NCBI RefSeq assembly: GCF_000015225.1
Contig: NC_008698.1
Coordinates: 720,001 to 752,000 of the forward strand
Length of the DNA: 32,000 nt
Direction of reading: 5' to 3'
From: Thermofilum pendens Hrk 5
Lineage (GTDB): Archaea; Thermoproteota; Thermoprotei; Thermofilales; Thermofilaceae
Part shown: positions 1-8,201 of the stretch, piece by piece
Position numbering within the stretch: position 1 is the first letter of the stretch
How the letters are laid out: the number at the start of each line of letters is the position of its first letter
Notes under the pieces: generated by a model
The model's database searches: none
What the model was told of the DNA's origin: nothing
Seen by the model: the letters and a program-made list of their open reading frames with translations, nothing else
Position numbers and translations under genes: made by a program

Positions 1-1129
1 ATGCTACTCTACCTCCATGTTTCATGTGCCTAAGAACGTTCCTCAGTATTTCCCTCTGCCTGGTGGAGTACAGGGCTACCTCTTCCCTGTCGAGCTCCCA
101 GAGGGATAGCCTCAGCCCCGGGTCCTTCCCTATTGCTCCGCTGTTCGTGCACGGAGCATCCACCAATCCCTCATCGAAGAGCGTACGAGTTGCTAGAAAC
201 CTCGAGTCCGAGTTAACGATGTGGACAATCTTGCGGCAACCCAGTAGCACGCCTCTAGAGTCCCTTATACGGTTGAAAGAAATGTCGACCGCTAGTATCT
301 CGTCGCAGCAACGCCTAGCATCGCAGTACAGGGATGTCTTCATGAAGGGAGCCGCCGCCGCGTCGATGCACGTAGAGACGCATGTCTCTCCCAGCTTTAC
401 CAGCTCCATAACCACCGCTACGCTCGCCTTATCCTGGTACACCGCGAGCTCCGGGCTCACCTCGGGTAGGGGCTCGTAGCTTGGGAGGAGTAGCTCGTAG
501 AGGCCGTCGATCTCGGGGTCTCGCCTAAACCTGATGCCGAGGCCTACTAGGAATTCCTCGAGTTTCTCCCGCCCCTTCTCGCCGACAGCCCTCAGCCACA
601 CAAACCTCCTCTCGAAGGACCTGGCGACTTCTTCTGCCCTCGCGCACCCCAGGTTCTCGACGAGGACCTCTGAGACGAGGGGAGGTACCGAGTAGAGGTA
701 CGCGATCCTGTCGCGACATCCGAGCTCCCTGGCTTCCTCGATCAGCCTTTCGAGAAAACGCGGAGTGATGCTCGACAGTAGCACGTTGCTCACTAGCCCG
801 CCGCGCAGAGACTCTACCCTCTTCTCGAAGCCCGGGTACTTGAGTACGAGCGCTACAGCTACGTAGAAAGCGCTTTTTCTCCTCAGAGGGATTCCGGATC
901 TCCCGAGCTTCTTCAAAGCCAGTATCGCTACGCCGACGTTGAGGAGAGTAAGCCTTGCCAACGCGTACACAGTCCTAGCCTCCGGCTTGCTCAGGTTGAA
1001 CTCTTTTCTCACAGACTGGAACGAGTAGTCGAGGGAAGCCTTCCAGCGCTGAACCCTCTCTACAACCAGGGAGGCCGCTCTGAACGTTTTAGGCGTGAGA
1101 TCCTCTAGAAAGGCTTCGGAGCTACTCAA
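1..1129 (-). CDS. hypothetical Cys-containing protein; 3' end lies outside the window (at least 376 codons visible)
   Basis: By hand translation, the reverse-strand frame is open from position 1 up to 1165: ..SSSEAFLEDLTPKTFRAASLVVERVQRW..LGETCVSTCIDAAAAPFMKTSLYCDARRCCDEILAVD..LRNVLRHMKHGGRVA>. It is absent from the ORF track only because its stop is left of position 1. The Ser-rich + ORF 24..479 is its antisense shadow. The only in-frame start candidates near the 5' end are TTG 1129 (16 nt after the upstream gene's stop) and GTG 1012. I recognise no family. Confidence 0.55.
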   Translation of the reverse strand, partial: MSSSEAFLEDLTPKTFRAASLVVERVQRWKASLDYSFQSVRKEFNLSKPEARTVYALARLTLLNVGVAILALKKLGRSGIPLRRKSAFYVAVALVLKYPGFEKRVESLRGGLVSNVLLSSITPRFLERLIEEARELGCRDRIAYLYSVPPLVSEVLVENLGCARAEEVARSFERRFVWLRAVGEKGREKLEEFLVGLGIRFRRDPEIDGLYELLLPSYEPLPEVSPELAVYQDKASVAVVMELVKLGETCVSTCIDAAAAPFMKTSLYCDARRCCDEILAVDISFNRIRDSRGVLLGCRKIVHIVNSDSRFLATRTLFDEGLVDAPCTNSGAIGKDPGLRLSLWELDREEVALYSTRQREILRNVLRHMKHGGRVA

Positions 1130-1145
1130 AGCGGGTCTCCCACGC

Positions 1146-1988
1146 CTAGAGTATTCGTTGAAGCATCATTGAAGCCATGTAGCTAGAGTAGTATGCTACG
1201 AAGGAAGCTATGAACGCCCGGTCTCTGGGTAACCTCTTGTAAACGGCAAGGGTTGCTGTGAGAAGACCCAGCGTGGGCACCTGGACCAGCCTGTACAGCA
1301 AGCTGAGCGTGAAGGGATCCCAGGGTAGCGCAGCTTGAAGAACGTTGAAGGCGTAGACTGGGAGAAGGGACGCGAAAAAAGCTCCGAGGTAGTCAACGCT
1401 GTAGCCACCGTGGCCTCCGAGCACCCGTTGGACAAGCTCTACCACTAATAGGAGCACCAGCGCTCCGAGGACAAAGAAGAAAAAGCCGAGAGGTATCAAC
1501 CGATACGGCAACGCGAGCTGGTCCATCATGAACACTACCTGCGCGCCCAGCGCGGATGGCAACGCGCCGAGAAGTAGGGAGGCTCCAAGAATCACAAGGC
1601 TCAGCGAGCGCTCGTGGTAGAAGGCGGCGGCTAGGCTTTCCGGGACGATGACGGGCAAGAAATACTTCTCGACTAGCGCCGCGAAGCCCCTCTTTTCCGC
1701 GACTATGTTGCGGAGCCGAGCGTCTTCCTCCAGCATGAACCTGTAGAGGCGTATGCCCTTCTCCGTTAACGTGTACCTTCTCTTCTCGTTCTTGGTCACG
1801 AAACCCTCCATCCCGTCCAGGTTGTAGTAGAGGTTTCCGGTGCTCGTTTTAAGGGAAGATTTTAACTCCGTAAAAGAAGCCTCCCCCCTCTCTCCGAGAA
1901 TTCTAAGGATTGATCGCTTCAAGGGGTTACCGAGTATCTCGTATACCTTCTCGTACTCCAAAGCGTCGGTGGAAACATCGCCTCGCAT
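1146..1988 (-). CDS. ArsR-type winged-helix DNA-binding domain fused to a polytopic membrane domain
   Basis: This is a 280-aa ORF with an ATG start. The N-terminal part, 'ILGNPLKRSILRILGERGEASFTELKSSLKTSTGNLYYNLDGMEGFVTKNEKRRYTLTEKG', has the ArsR/SmtB wHTH pattern. The remaining ~180 aa consists of several hydrophobic helices, for example 'LSLVILGASLLLGALPSALGA' and 'LIPLGFFFFVLGALVLLLVVELV'. Confidence 0.7.
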   Translation of the reverse strand: MRGDVSTDALEYEKVYEILGNPLKRSILRILGERGEASFTELKSSLKTSTGNLYYNLDGMEGFVTKNEKRRYTLTEKGIRLYRFMLEEDARLRNIVAEKRGFAALVEKYFLPVIVPESLAAAFYHERSLSLVILGASLLLGALPSALGAQVVFMMDQLALPYRLIPLGFFFFVLGALVLLLVVELVQRVLGGHGGYSVDYLGAFFASLLPVYAFNVLQAALPWDPFTLSLLYRLVQVPTLGLLTATLAVYKRLPRDRAFIASFVAYYSSYMASMMLQRIL

Positions 1989-2053
1989 AGCTCACTAGAC
2001 CCTCTAACCTATCCTCAGGGTTAATAATGTTAGCGCGCACTACAAGCTCCCTT

Positions 2054-2073
2054 CATTACATGGTTTTGTAATG
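2054..2073. promoter_or_regulatory. perfect 7-bp inverted repeat CATTACA-N6-TGTAATG, an operator candidate in a divergent promoter region
   Basis: Read directly: cattaca (2054-2060), tggttt, tgtaatg (2067-2073). It lies between two mirror-image AT boxes, ttaataatgtt (2021-2031) and aacattaatacc (2083-2094). Each box sits ~32-43 nt upstream of one of the divergent starts (1988 on - and 2126 on +). Confidence 0.35.
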
Positions 2074-2125
2074 GTTCGTCGAAACATTAATACCTAGGGA
2101 GGGTTGAGAAGTTGTTGAGGAATTA

Positions 2126-2872
2126 ATGTCTGAGCTTAGAGTGGCTGTGGCGTTGCGTGCCTACAGTGAGGAGTCGTTTGAGAGCGTGCAGGCATCTCTG
2201 GGCGCTATTTCCTCGCTCGACGTCCCCGTACAACTTTCAACAGAGTGGAGCTTGATAGAGTCTCTCGGCGTCGGAGAGATCCTAGACCCCTTTCACGACT
2301 CCGGGGTAAGCGTGTCGGCGATCAGAGTGCCCTACCCGCTCCGAGTAGATGCTTTCCTACTCGAAAAACTGGTGATGGTCGCAGAGGAGACGGAGGGCAA
2401 GACTATCATACTACGAGACGTGGCGGCTCTCTCTATGGGAGGGCTGAGAAGAATCGCCGACCTATGCGCTACATACAAGGTACGGGCGTTGCTCGAGCCA
2501 AGCTCCGGCGTAGAGGCTTCTAGGCTTTACGGGCTCGTGAAGAGACTTATAGGCGGCATTGTGGGCTTTTCCCACGTGGAGGAGAACTACCCGTCGACCG
2601 AGAGCTTTCTGAAAACAGTTCTAGCCTACCTGGGCATTACCCGCAACGTGACCCTTTCGAACTACGATGCCGACGGACGGCCAGCGCCAATAATGGCTCC
2701 GAAGAAGTACAACAATCCCCTGCTTGTAAGGAGGCTCGTCGAGGGGGGCTTCGAGGGAACGCTTACCATATCGTACGAGAAAAGCCCCGTGGAAGAACCC
2801 GGGATGCTTGCAGGCGAAGTCGCGGCTCTAAAGGAGTACGTTAGAGGAGTCTATGAGCGTACAGTGAGGTAA
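2126..2872 (+). CDS. hypothetical protein; weak resemblance to TIM-barrel sugar-phosphate isomerase/epimerase-like proteins
   Basis: This is a 248-aa ATG ORF with protein-like composition and alternating beta/alpha-like segments. An AT box lies ~35 nt upstream. The family assignment is a guess from the overall pattern only. Confidence 0.55.
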   Translation: MSELRVAVALRAYSEESFESVQASLGAISSLDVPVQLSTEWSLIESLGVGEILDPFHDSGVSVSAIRVPYPLRVDAFLLEKLVMVAEETEGKTIILRDVAALSMGGLRRIADLCATYKVRALLEPSSGVEASRLYGLVKRLIGGIVGFSHVEENYPSTESFLKTVLAYLGITRNVTLSNYDADGRPAPIMAPKKYNNPLLVRRLVEGGFEGTLTISYEKSPVEEPGMLAGEVAALKEYVRGVYERTVR

Positions 2873-2875
2873 GGC

Positions 2876-3322
2876 CTACTCGGGAAGCACTTCTAGCGGG
2901 AGGTACGTAGCGAAGCCGCACTTCCTGCAGACGTAGAGCGTAGGGGTAAGCCCGGGAATGCCGATTCTCTCGAGATCGGGGGAACCGCAGTTCGGGCATA
3001 CGAGGACGCCGTGCTTACGCGTTACCTCTGCCTTGAAGCCCACGCTTTTCCCCTCAACGGCTAATTCGTCCTCTCGAACGCCTAGCTCTATAAGCATAGC
3101 GACGGCGTCCTCCAAGCTTTCAGCCCTCAGGAGCACAGTGTCGTCTGCGAGGAGTTCTCCCAGCCCGCGCGACAGGATCTCTTCCAGTAGCTTCCCTCTC
3201 CTAGGCGGGAGAACAGCGATTACCCCCTTCTCGGTAATGCGCAGATCGATACGCCCCTCCATGTACGCAGTAATCGTACAGCAGAGTATTAAGACTAACG
3301 CACAGTGCACGCCGTACGCCAT
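2876..3322 (-). CDS. hypothetical protein with a C-terminal zinc ribbon
   Basis: This is a 148-aa ORF. The C-terminus 'CPNCGSPDLERIG..YVCRKCGF' carries a CxxC...CxxC pair. The N-terminal 20 aa are hydrophobic ('AYGVHCALVLILCCTITAY'), which means either a membrane anchor or an over-extended ORF. An alternative ATG at 3262 gives 'MEGRIDL..'. Confidence 0.6.
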   Translation of the reverse strand: MAYGVHCALVLILCCTITAYMEGRIDLRITEKGVIAVLPPRRGKLLEEILSRGLGELLADDTVLLRAESLEDAVAMLIELGVREDELAVEGKSVGFKAEVTRKHGVLVCPNCGSPDLERIGIPGLTPTLYVCRKCGFATYLPLEVLPE

Positions 3323-3377
3323 ACCACGCGTGACTTTTTAAAACCACGGTATCCTTGAAGAGTGCGAGGTATACAGC

Positions 3378-3908
3378 ATGGTTGCACGGGAAGGTGCTTT
3401 GAGCGGAGCTGCCAGAGCGACGGCGAACCCTAGGCTTGCTTTAACCCTTGTAGCTGTATTCCTACTCGTAGCCTCCTACGTGTTGGGCTTCGCACAGAAC
3501 ATAACGCCGGAGGAAGCCCGGAGAGTAGCTCAGGAATACAAGGGCTACATCGAGGGTGCAAGGCGCATCAAAGACCCTGACGCGGTGGCGTTCGGAGTGT
3601 TCGTTAACGAGTCTCTAGTCATACTAGTGTGCAACACGCCGGTTATCGGCCCTGTAACGGCGGCCTACATCTCATTCTACAGCGGCTACATGGACAAAGC
3701 GTTGCAGGTCGCCGGGCTGGAAGAGGCTACAGGCACTCTGGAGGCTTACTCGCTCATCGAGTGGGTTGCGCTGGTGCTTGCAACAGCGGAGGGTTTGATG
3801 CTAACATACGCCTTCTTCAGGAGGCGTAGAGTCTCCCCTGTAGAGACCCTCGCATCAGTGTTGCTACAGCTATCCCTGATAGCTATTGTTGCCGCCCTAG
3901 CGGCTTAA
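3378..3908 (+). CDS. integral membrane protein (SpoIIM/DUF95-like, tentative)
   Basis: This is a 176-aa ATG ORF with about 4 hydrophobic helices. 'FGVFVNESLVILVCNTPVIGPVTAAYISFYSGY' resembles the SpoIIM-type core. The AT box ttttaaaa (~3335-3343) lies upstream. Confidence 0.6.
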   Translation: MVAREGALSGAARATANPRLALTLVAVFLLVASYVLGFAQNITPEEARRVAQEYKGYIEGARRIKDPDAVAFGVFVNESLVILVCNTPVIGPVTAAYISFYSGYMDKALQVAGLEEATGTLEAYSLIEWVALVLATAEGLMLTYAFFRRRRVSPVETLASVLLQLSLIAIVAALAA

Positions 3909-3974
3909 TGCTAATAATTAAACGTTAAAATGAAGGTTTAAAGCTTCGAGGCGTGCAACATACTACGAGTAAAA

Positions 3975-5204
3975 ATGATCGAAGGACTGGGTATAAAGAC
4001 CCTCGACGACGTGGACGTTCGCGGGAAGACTGTCGGCGTTCGCGTCGACTTTAACTCCCCGGTAGACCCCCAGACGAAGAGGCTTCTGGACGACACGCGT
4101 ATACGCGCCCATGCCGAGACGACCATAAGGGAGCTCGTAGAGAAGAAAGCGAAGGTCGTGGTTCTGTCGCACCAGGGCCGTAAGGGAGACCCGGACTTCA
4201 CCAGCCTACGCGAGCACGCGGAGGTTCTCTCGAGGCTTGTCCCGGCGCGCGTAAAGTTCGTAGACGACATCTTCGGCGAAAAGGCCGTAAAGGAGATCAA
4301 AGCTCTATCGCCGGGAGAGGTTCTGGTACTTGAGAACGTGAGGATGTGGGACGGAGAAGCGAAGAACGCGTCCCCGGAGGAGCACGCGAAGACCCCCCTC
4401 GTACAAGCGCTGGCACCGCTCCTGGAGGTCTACGTGGTGGACGCTTTCTCCGCTGCGCATAGGCCGCATGCATCCCTGGTCGGCTTTGCACCCGTAGTGA
4501 AGCACTTCGTGGCGGGACGGGTGATGGAGCGGGAGCTCCAAGCTCTCTACAGGGTGAGGAACAACCCGGAGCGCCCATGCGTCTACGTGATCGGTGGCGC
4601 TAAGGCGGAGGACACCGCCGAGATCATTTCGAGCGTCCTTGGAAACAACATCGCCGACAAGGTGCTCACAGGAGGGTTAGCCGCGAACCTCCTCCTACAC
4701 TCCTCCGGGAAGAAGATCGGAGACGTTAACGTCTCCGTGCTGAAGGAGAAGGGATTCCTGGACCTCGAGCCGGAGCTAAAGAAGCTCCTCGACAAGTACG
4801 GGGACAGGATAGTTCTCCCGGTCGACTTAGCGGTCGAGGAGAGCGGGAAGAGGGTGGAGGTCGGAGTAGACTCCGTACCGAACCTCCCGATAAAGGACAT
4901 AGGCTCTAGGACGGCGGAGGAGTATGCCAGGATAATCTCGGAAGCTAGAACAGTCGTAATGAACGGCCCGATGGGGGTCTTCGAGGACGAAAAGTTCAGC
5001 CTGGGCACGAAGAAGGTCTTCGAGGCTATGGCGTCCTCCAAGGCGTTCACGCTTATAGGCGGAGGTCACACGATAGCGGCCGCTTCTAAGCTGGGCTTCG
5101 CGGACAAGCTATCCCACGTGAGCACGGGTGGCGGAGCGCTAATCGAGTACCTTATCAAGGGCACTCTCCCCGTGATAGAGGTTCTAAAGAAGTACTCGAA
5201 GTAG
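3975..5204 (+). CDS. pgk: phosphoglycerate kinase
   Basis: The 409-aa product carries the PGK signatures 'VGVRVDFNSP', 'VVLSHQGRKG', 'VIGGAKAEDT' and C-terminal 'HVSTGGGALIEYL'. An AT-rich region (3911-3945) lies upstream. Confidence 0.95.
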   Translation: MIEGLGIKTLDDVDVRGKTVGVRVDFNSPVDPQTKRLLDDTRIRAHAETTIRELVEKKAKVVVLSHQGRKGDPDFTSLREHAEVLSRLVPARVKFVDDIFGEKAVKEIKALSPGEVLVLENVRMWDGEAKNASPEEHAKTPLVQALAPLLEVYVVDAFSAAHRPHASLVGFAPVVKHFVAGRVMERELQALYRVRNNPERPCVYVIGGAKAEDTAEIISSVLGNNIADKVLTGGLAANLLLHSSGKKIGDVNVSVLKEKGFLDLEPELKKLLDKYGDRIVLPVDLAVEESGKRVEVGVDSVPNLPIKDIGSRTAEEYARIISEARTVVMNGPMGVFEDEKFSLGTKKVFEAMASSKAFTLIGGGHTIAAASKLGFADKLSHVSTGGGALIEYLIKGTLPVIEVLKKYSK

Positions 5205-5262
5205 TACGTCGCGCGCGCGAAAATTAATATTTCTCGTTTTCTTCTTAGTTTTTCGAGGGAGT

Positions 5263-6024
5263 ATGAGCGACCAGGAGTGGTCCTTTTTCCTAAAGGAGGA
5301 GCCCCCGAAAGACTCGGTGTTCATCGTCGGTCTACCGGACGTCGGGCTCGTTGGACCTATATCGACCTCTCACCTCGTCAAGCAGTGGGAGCTTAGGGAG
5401 ATAGGGTACCTCGACTCTGCGAGCCTTCCACCCGTGATACTGTTCCACGAGTACAGCCCGCTGTTTCCCATAAGGTTCTACGGGGGGTACAAGAAGAACG
5501 ACTACGTAGTCGTCCTGCACTCGGATATCGCTATACCGCCAGAGCTCGTACCGAGCATGGCCTCGTTTCTCACGGAGTCGCTCTTCAGGAAGTCAGCCAG
5601 GAGGGTGGTCCTACTCGGCGGGATAGCGGTGCAGAACAGGCTGAACATCGAGACCCCGAAGACGTACGCCGCTTCAATCGACGCGGAGAGCCTGAGGTAC
5701 GCCCAGGAGAAGGGCATAGAGCTACTGAAGGAGGGCTTCATAGGCGGGGCTTACGCGCAGTTCCTGAAGGAGGGCTACAAGAGGAAACTCAGCGTGATAG
5801 CCTTGCTCGCCGAGTGCTTCCTCAACTACCCCGACCCGGGAGCCTCCGCCTCCGCCCTGCAGGCTCTCGCGAAAATCCTCGGGCACGACGTGGACGTTAA
5901 ACAACTGTTGGAGCAGGAGGAGGAGATCAGAGTCAAGCTCCGCGAGCTCATGAAGAGGACCATGGAGAGCATGCGCGGTGCGGGTAAAGAGTACGAGTAC
6001 ACCGTTCCGGCTCTCTACGTTTGA
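5263..6024 (+). CDS. PAC2-family protein (proteasome-assembly-chaperone-like, COG1938 type)
   Basis: This 253-aa product has the N-terminal 'VFIVGLPDVGLVGPISTSHLV' typical of the PAC2/ATP-grasp-like family. The AT box aaaattaatattt lies ~35 nt upstream, and GAGGGA sits just before the ATG. Confidence 0.75.
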   Translation: MSDQEWSFFLKEEPPKDSVFIVGLPDVGLVGPISTSHLVKQWELREIGYLDSASLPPVILFHEYSPLFPIRFYGGYKKNDYVVVLHSDIAIPPELVPSMASFLTESLFRKSARRVVLLGGIAVQNRLNIETPKTYAASIDAESLRYAQEKGIELLKEGFIGGAYAQFLKEGYKRKLSVIALLAECFLNYPDPGASASALQALAKILGHDVDVKQLLEQEEEIRVKLRELMKRTMESMRGAGKEYEYTVPALYV

Positions 6025-6035
6025 GGTGGGGCGAC

Positions 6036-6467
6036 ATGGAGGAGTGGATTAGGAGGGAGATTGAGGAGATGCTCAGAGAGTTTAAGAGAGTTAGAGAGGA
6101 GATTAGCAGGATCGAGGAAGAAGTGTTCAGGCCGCTAGCCCCGGAAGAAAGAGTGCAGGTACCGCTCTACGAGGTTAGAAGGTCGTCGGACTGCCTCACG
6201 ATATACGCTGATCTGGCAGGCGTTAAGCGCAAGGAAGACGTAGATGTATACGTCGAGGGGAACGTCCTTAGGATCGAGGCAAGGCTCAGTAAGCCGCTCC
6301 TCTTCGAGGGCTTGGTGTTCTTCAGGGAGGGGATAACGAAGTACAAGCTGGAAATCCCGTTGCCCAGCAACGCGGACGTTGAAAATATAAAAGCATCCTT
6401 TAGGAAGGGTATGCTCGAGGTAACGGTTCCTCTCAAGGTGCAGAGAGTAAGAGTAAAGGTCGAGTAG
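6036..6467 (+). CDS. hsp20: small heat-shock protein, Hsp20/alpha-crystallin family
   Basis: An alpha-crystallin domain is present: 'LTIYADLAGVKRKEDVDVYVEGNVLRIEA..YKLEIPLPSNADVENIKASFRKGMLEVTVPLK'. The track ORF begins at TTG 6021, overlapping the PAC2 stop. I prefer ATG 6036, which is preceded by GAGGTGGGG. Confidence 0.88.
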   Translation: MEEWIRREIEEMLREFKRVREEISRIEEEVFRPLAPEERVQVPLYEVRRSSDCLTIYADLAGVKRKEDVDVYVEGNVLRIEARLSKPLLFEGLVFFREGITKYKLEIPLPSNADVENIKASFRKGMLEVTVPLKVQRVRVKVE

Positions 6468-6469
6468 CG

Positions 6470-7216
6470 CTACTTGATGGCCCGGAGCTTCTCGATAAGG
6501 TTTTCGACGGTATCGACCCTCGTTACCGCTAAGGGTATGTTCTCCCGTTTCGCTATCTCAAGCCCAAGCTCGTCTACCTTCTTTACTCCGTGTAAAACGA
6601 CGAGGGCTGGGCGCAAACCTCCCATACCGGCCTGCATGGACTTCACAGCGACCATGGGGCTTCTACCGTACGCGACGCGCGTGAAGATAGCTGCTCTCTG
6701 CGTAGTGGCCCCGTAGAGCTTTACGTAATCGTAACTAGGGACGTCCAGCACGAGCTTAATGCTGTCCACGACCGTGTAGCCGAGAAGCGGCGTAGCCGCG
6801 TACGATTGTCCAACGATTAGGTCGGCGTCTATCGCCTCGCAGAACCTGGAGATCGAGATCGGGATGCTGAACTCGCGCATGTCCAGTACTGCTTCTCTCA
6901 GCAGGTCGGAGCCCAGCAGTATGCGCCTCAGCCCCGAGAGGACTATGCCTCCCCGCTCCAAGTCTTTCATGATCAAGCTCTTCACAAACTTCCTGATGAA
7001 GCGGGCGCCCGGGCTCTTCCTACGCCCGCTCTCGTAGTCGCTGATCACAGACGCTGAGACGTTCATTATCGATGCGAGCTCGACCTGCGTGACGTTGAAC
7101 TTTTCCCGCCATTTACGCATTTCGAGACCCGGGTTGTCACTAATAATAATTTCACCAGCTATTTTTGACGCGATTTCCCTTATCGCGGGGTCGGAAGCCC
7201 AGCTGTTGTGCGACAT
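6470..7216 (-). CDS. XRE-type HTH transcriptional regulator with a ~170-aa C-terminal domain (COG1395-like)
   Basis: The HTH_3-like segment is 'MRKWREKFNVTQVELASIMNVSASVISDYESGRR'. The track start is GTG 7276. I prefer ATG 7216 ('MSHNSWASDP') because the AT boxes ggattttaatg and ggctaaaat (minus-strand reading of 7231-7256) would otherwise fall inside the ORF. Confidence 0.7.
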   Translation of the reverse strand: MSHNSWASDPAIREIASKIAGEIIISDNPGLEMRKWREKFNVTQVELASIMNVSASVISDYESGRRKSPGARFIRKFVKSLIMKDLERGGIVLSGLRRILLGSDLLREAVLDMREFSIPISISRFCEAIDADLIVGQSYAATPLLGYTVVDSIKLVLDVPSYDYVKLYGATTQRAAIFTRVAYGRSPMVAVKSMQAGMGGLRPALVVLHGVKKVDELGLEIAKRENIPLAVTRVDTVENLIEKLRAIK

Positions 7217-7286
7217 CTTTACACCGCGGCATTTTAGCCTTTTGGCATTAAAATCCTTAACTACTGTCGAATGCACTCGTATGCGT

Positions 7287-8141
7287 TTAAACCCTGGACA
7301 GTATTCCGTCGATAGCTACGTAGACGCCCAGCGCGGAAAACGGTACGACTACGAACGTTAGCACAAGCACCAGAATGCCCGGCGATAATCCGAAGACGGT
7401 TCCGCCGAGCATATCCATGATCACCAGCATGGTTACGAACATGAGTGGCGCGGCAACCATCAGCGTTGTGTACACTTCTGCCATCATTGAGATAGTGTTC
7501 GTTACCCGCCTGAGGCTCTGCGTTTTCTCGGAGAGGAGGACGCCGGAGAAGTGCGAAAGGTAGCTTTTGAAGTTCCCACTCGTAATGTAGGTTTCCCGTA
7601 GTCCCAGCCAGAGCATCGCCAGCGACCTGCTGGGCGACCTGAGAGCTGCTCTCGACAGCGCTGTTAGGGTATCCAGCCCGTACGCCTTTATGTCCCTGAG
7701 GATGAGCGCGATCTCCCTCTTTATCTCCTTGTTGCTTTCGTAAAGAACCGCTCTCTCCAGCAGGCGCTCGAGCCCCATGCCCGAGGAGGAGAGTGCCGCC
7801 ATGTAGGACGCGGTGAACGGCAGGTCTTTCTCTATCGTGATCCTCCGGGAATAGACCCTGTAGACAGGGTAATAGAGCGCAACGAATACTACGAGCACTT
7901 CGGCGAGCACTGTGAGCGTCACCGAGGCGGCGAACGCCAAGGGTACAGCGAACCTGAGCAGGAAGAGGTGTACAGCTAGGCTCGCCGCGAAGACAGCGGC
8001 TCCCACGGCCACCAAAGCCCTGGAAAGGTAGGAGACGTAGAGGGAGAACGGGGTCTCGAAGCCCGCCTTAACGTAGTACTTCTCGAAAGCCCCGAGCGTC
8101 GACTGGATGTAGAGGCGGAGCAACCGCTCGCTTCTAACCAT
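7287..8141 (-). CDS. single-domain T2SSF-family (FlaJ/TadC/PilC-like) polytopic membrane protein
   Basis: The layout is N-terminal TM helices, a cytoplasmic block and C-terminal TM helices. The cytoplasmic block, 'DLPFTASYMAALSSSGMGLERLLERA..EIALILRDIKAYGLDTLTALSRAALRSPSRSLAMLWLGL..SGNFKSYL', matches the T2SSF pattern. The start is ATG 8141, or TTG 8147 in the track. A TATA-like ggtttattattcg (minus reading of 8163-8175) lies ~28 nt upstream. Confidence 0.65.
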   Translation of the reverse strand: MVRSERLLRLYIQSTLGAFEKYYVKAGFETPFSLYVSYLSRALVAVGAAVFAASLAVHLFLLRFAVPLAFAASVTLTVLAEVLVVFVALYYPVYRVYSRRITIEKDLPFTASYMAALSSSGMGLERLLERAVLYESNKEIKREIALILRDIKAYGLDTLTALSRAALRSPSRSLAMLWLGLRETYITSGNFKSYLSHFSGVLLSEKTQSLRRVTNTISMMAEVYTTLMVAAPLMFVTMLVIMDMLGGTVFGLSPGILVLVLTFVVVPFSALGVYVAIDGILSRV

Positions 8142-8173
8142 ACCCAATAAAGTGCCACAACACGAATAATAAA

Positions 8174-8185
8174 CCTCGCGCGAGG
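8174..8185. repeat. 12-bp perfect palindrome CCTCGCGCGAGG
   Basis: Read directly. It sits between the amidohydrolase stop (8202) and the TATA-like box of the T2SSF gene, and is followed by ccttttccc on the + strand. Confidence 0.5.
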
Positions 8186-8201
8186 CCTTTTCCCTGCAAG
8201 C

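Noticed and set aside
24-479. 151-aa + strand ORF at the left edge of the window
   Set aside because: Its sequence is Ser/Thr/Leu-rich and low-complexity, and it lies exactly antisense to a continuous, protein-like minus-strand frame that is open across 1-1165. It is the shadow of that gene.
4583-5050. 155-aa minus-strand ORF, plus other short ORFs inside pgk
   Set aside because: It is antisense to phosphoglycerate kinase and has a Ser/Phe-rich junk composition.
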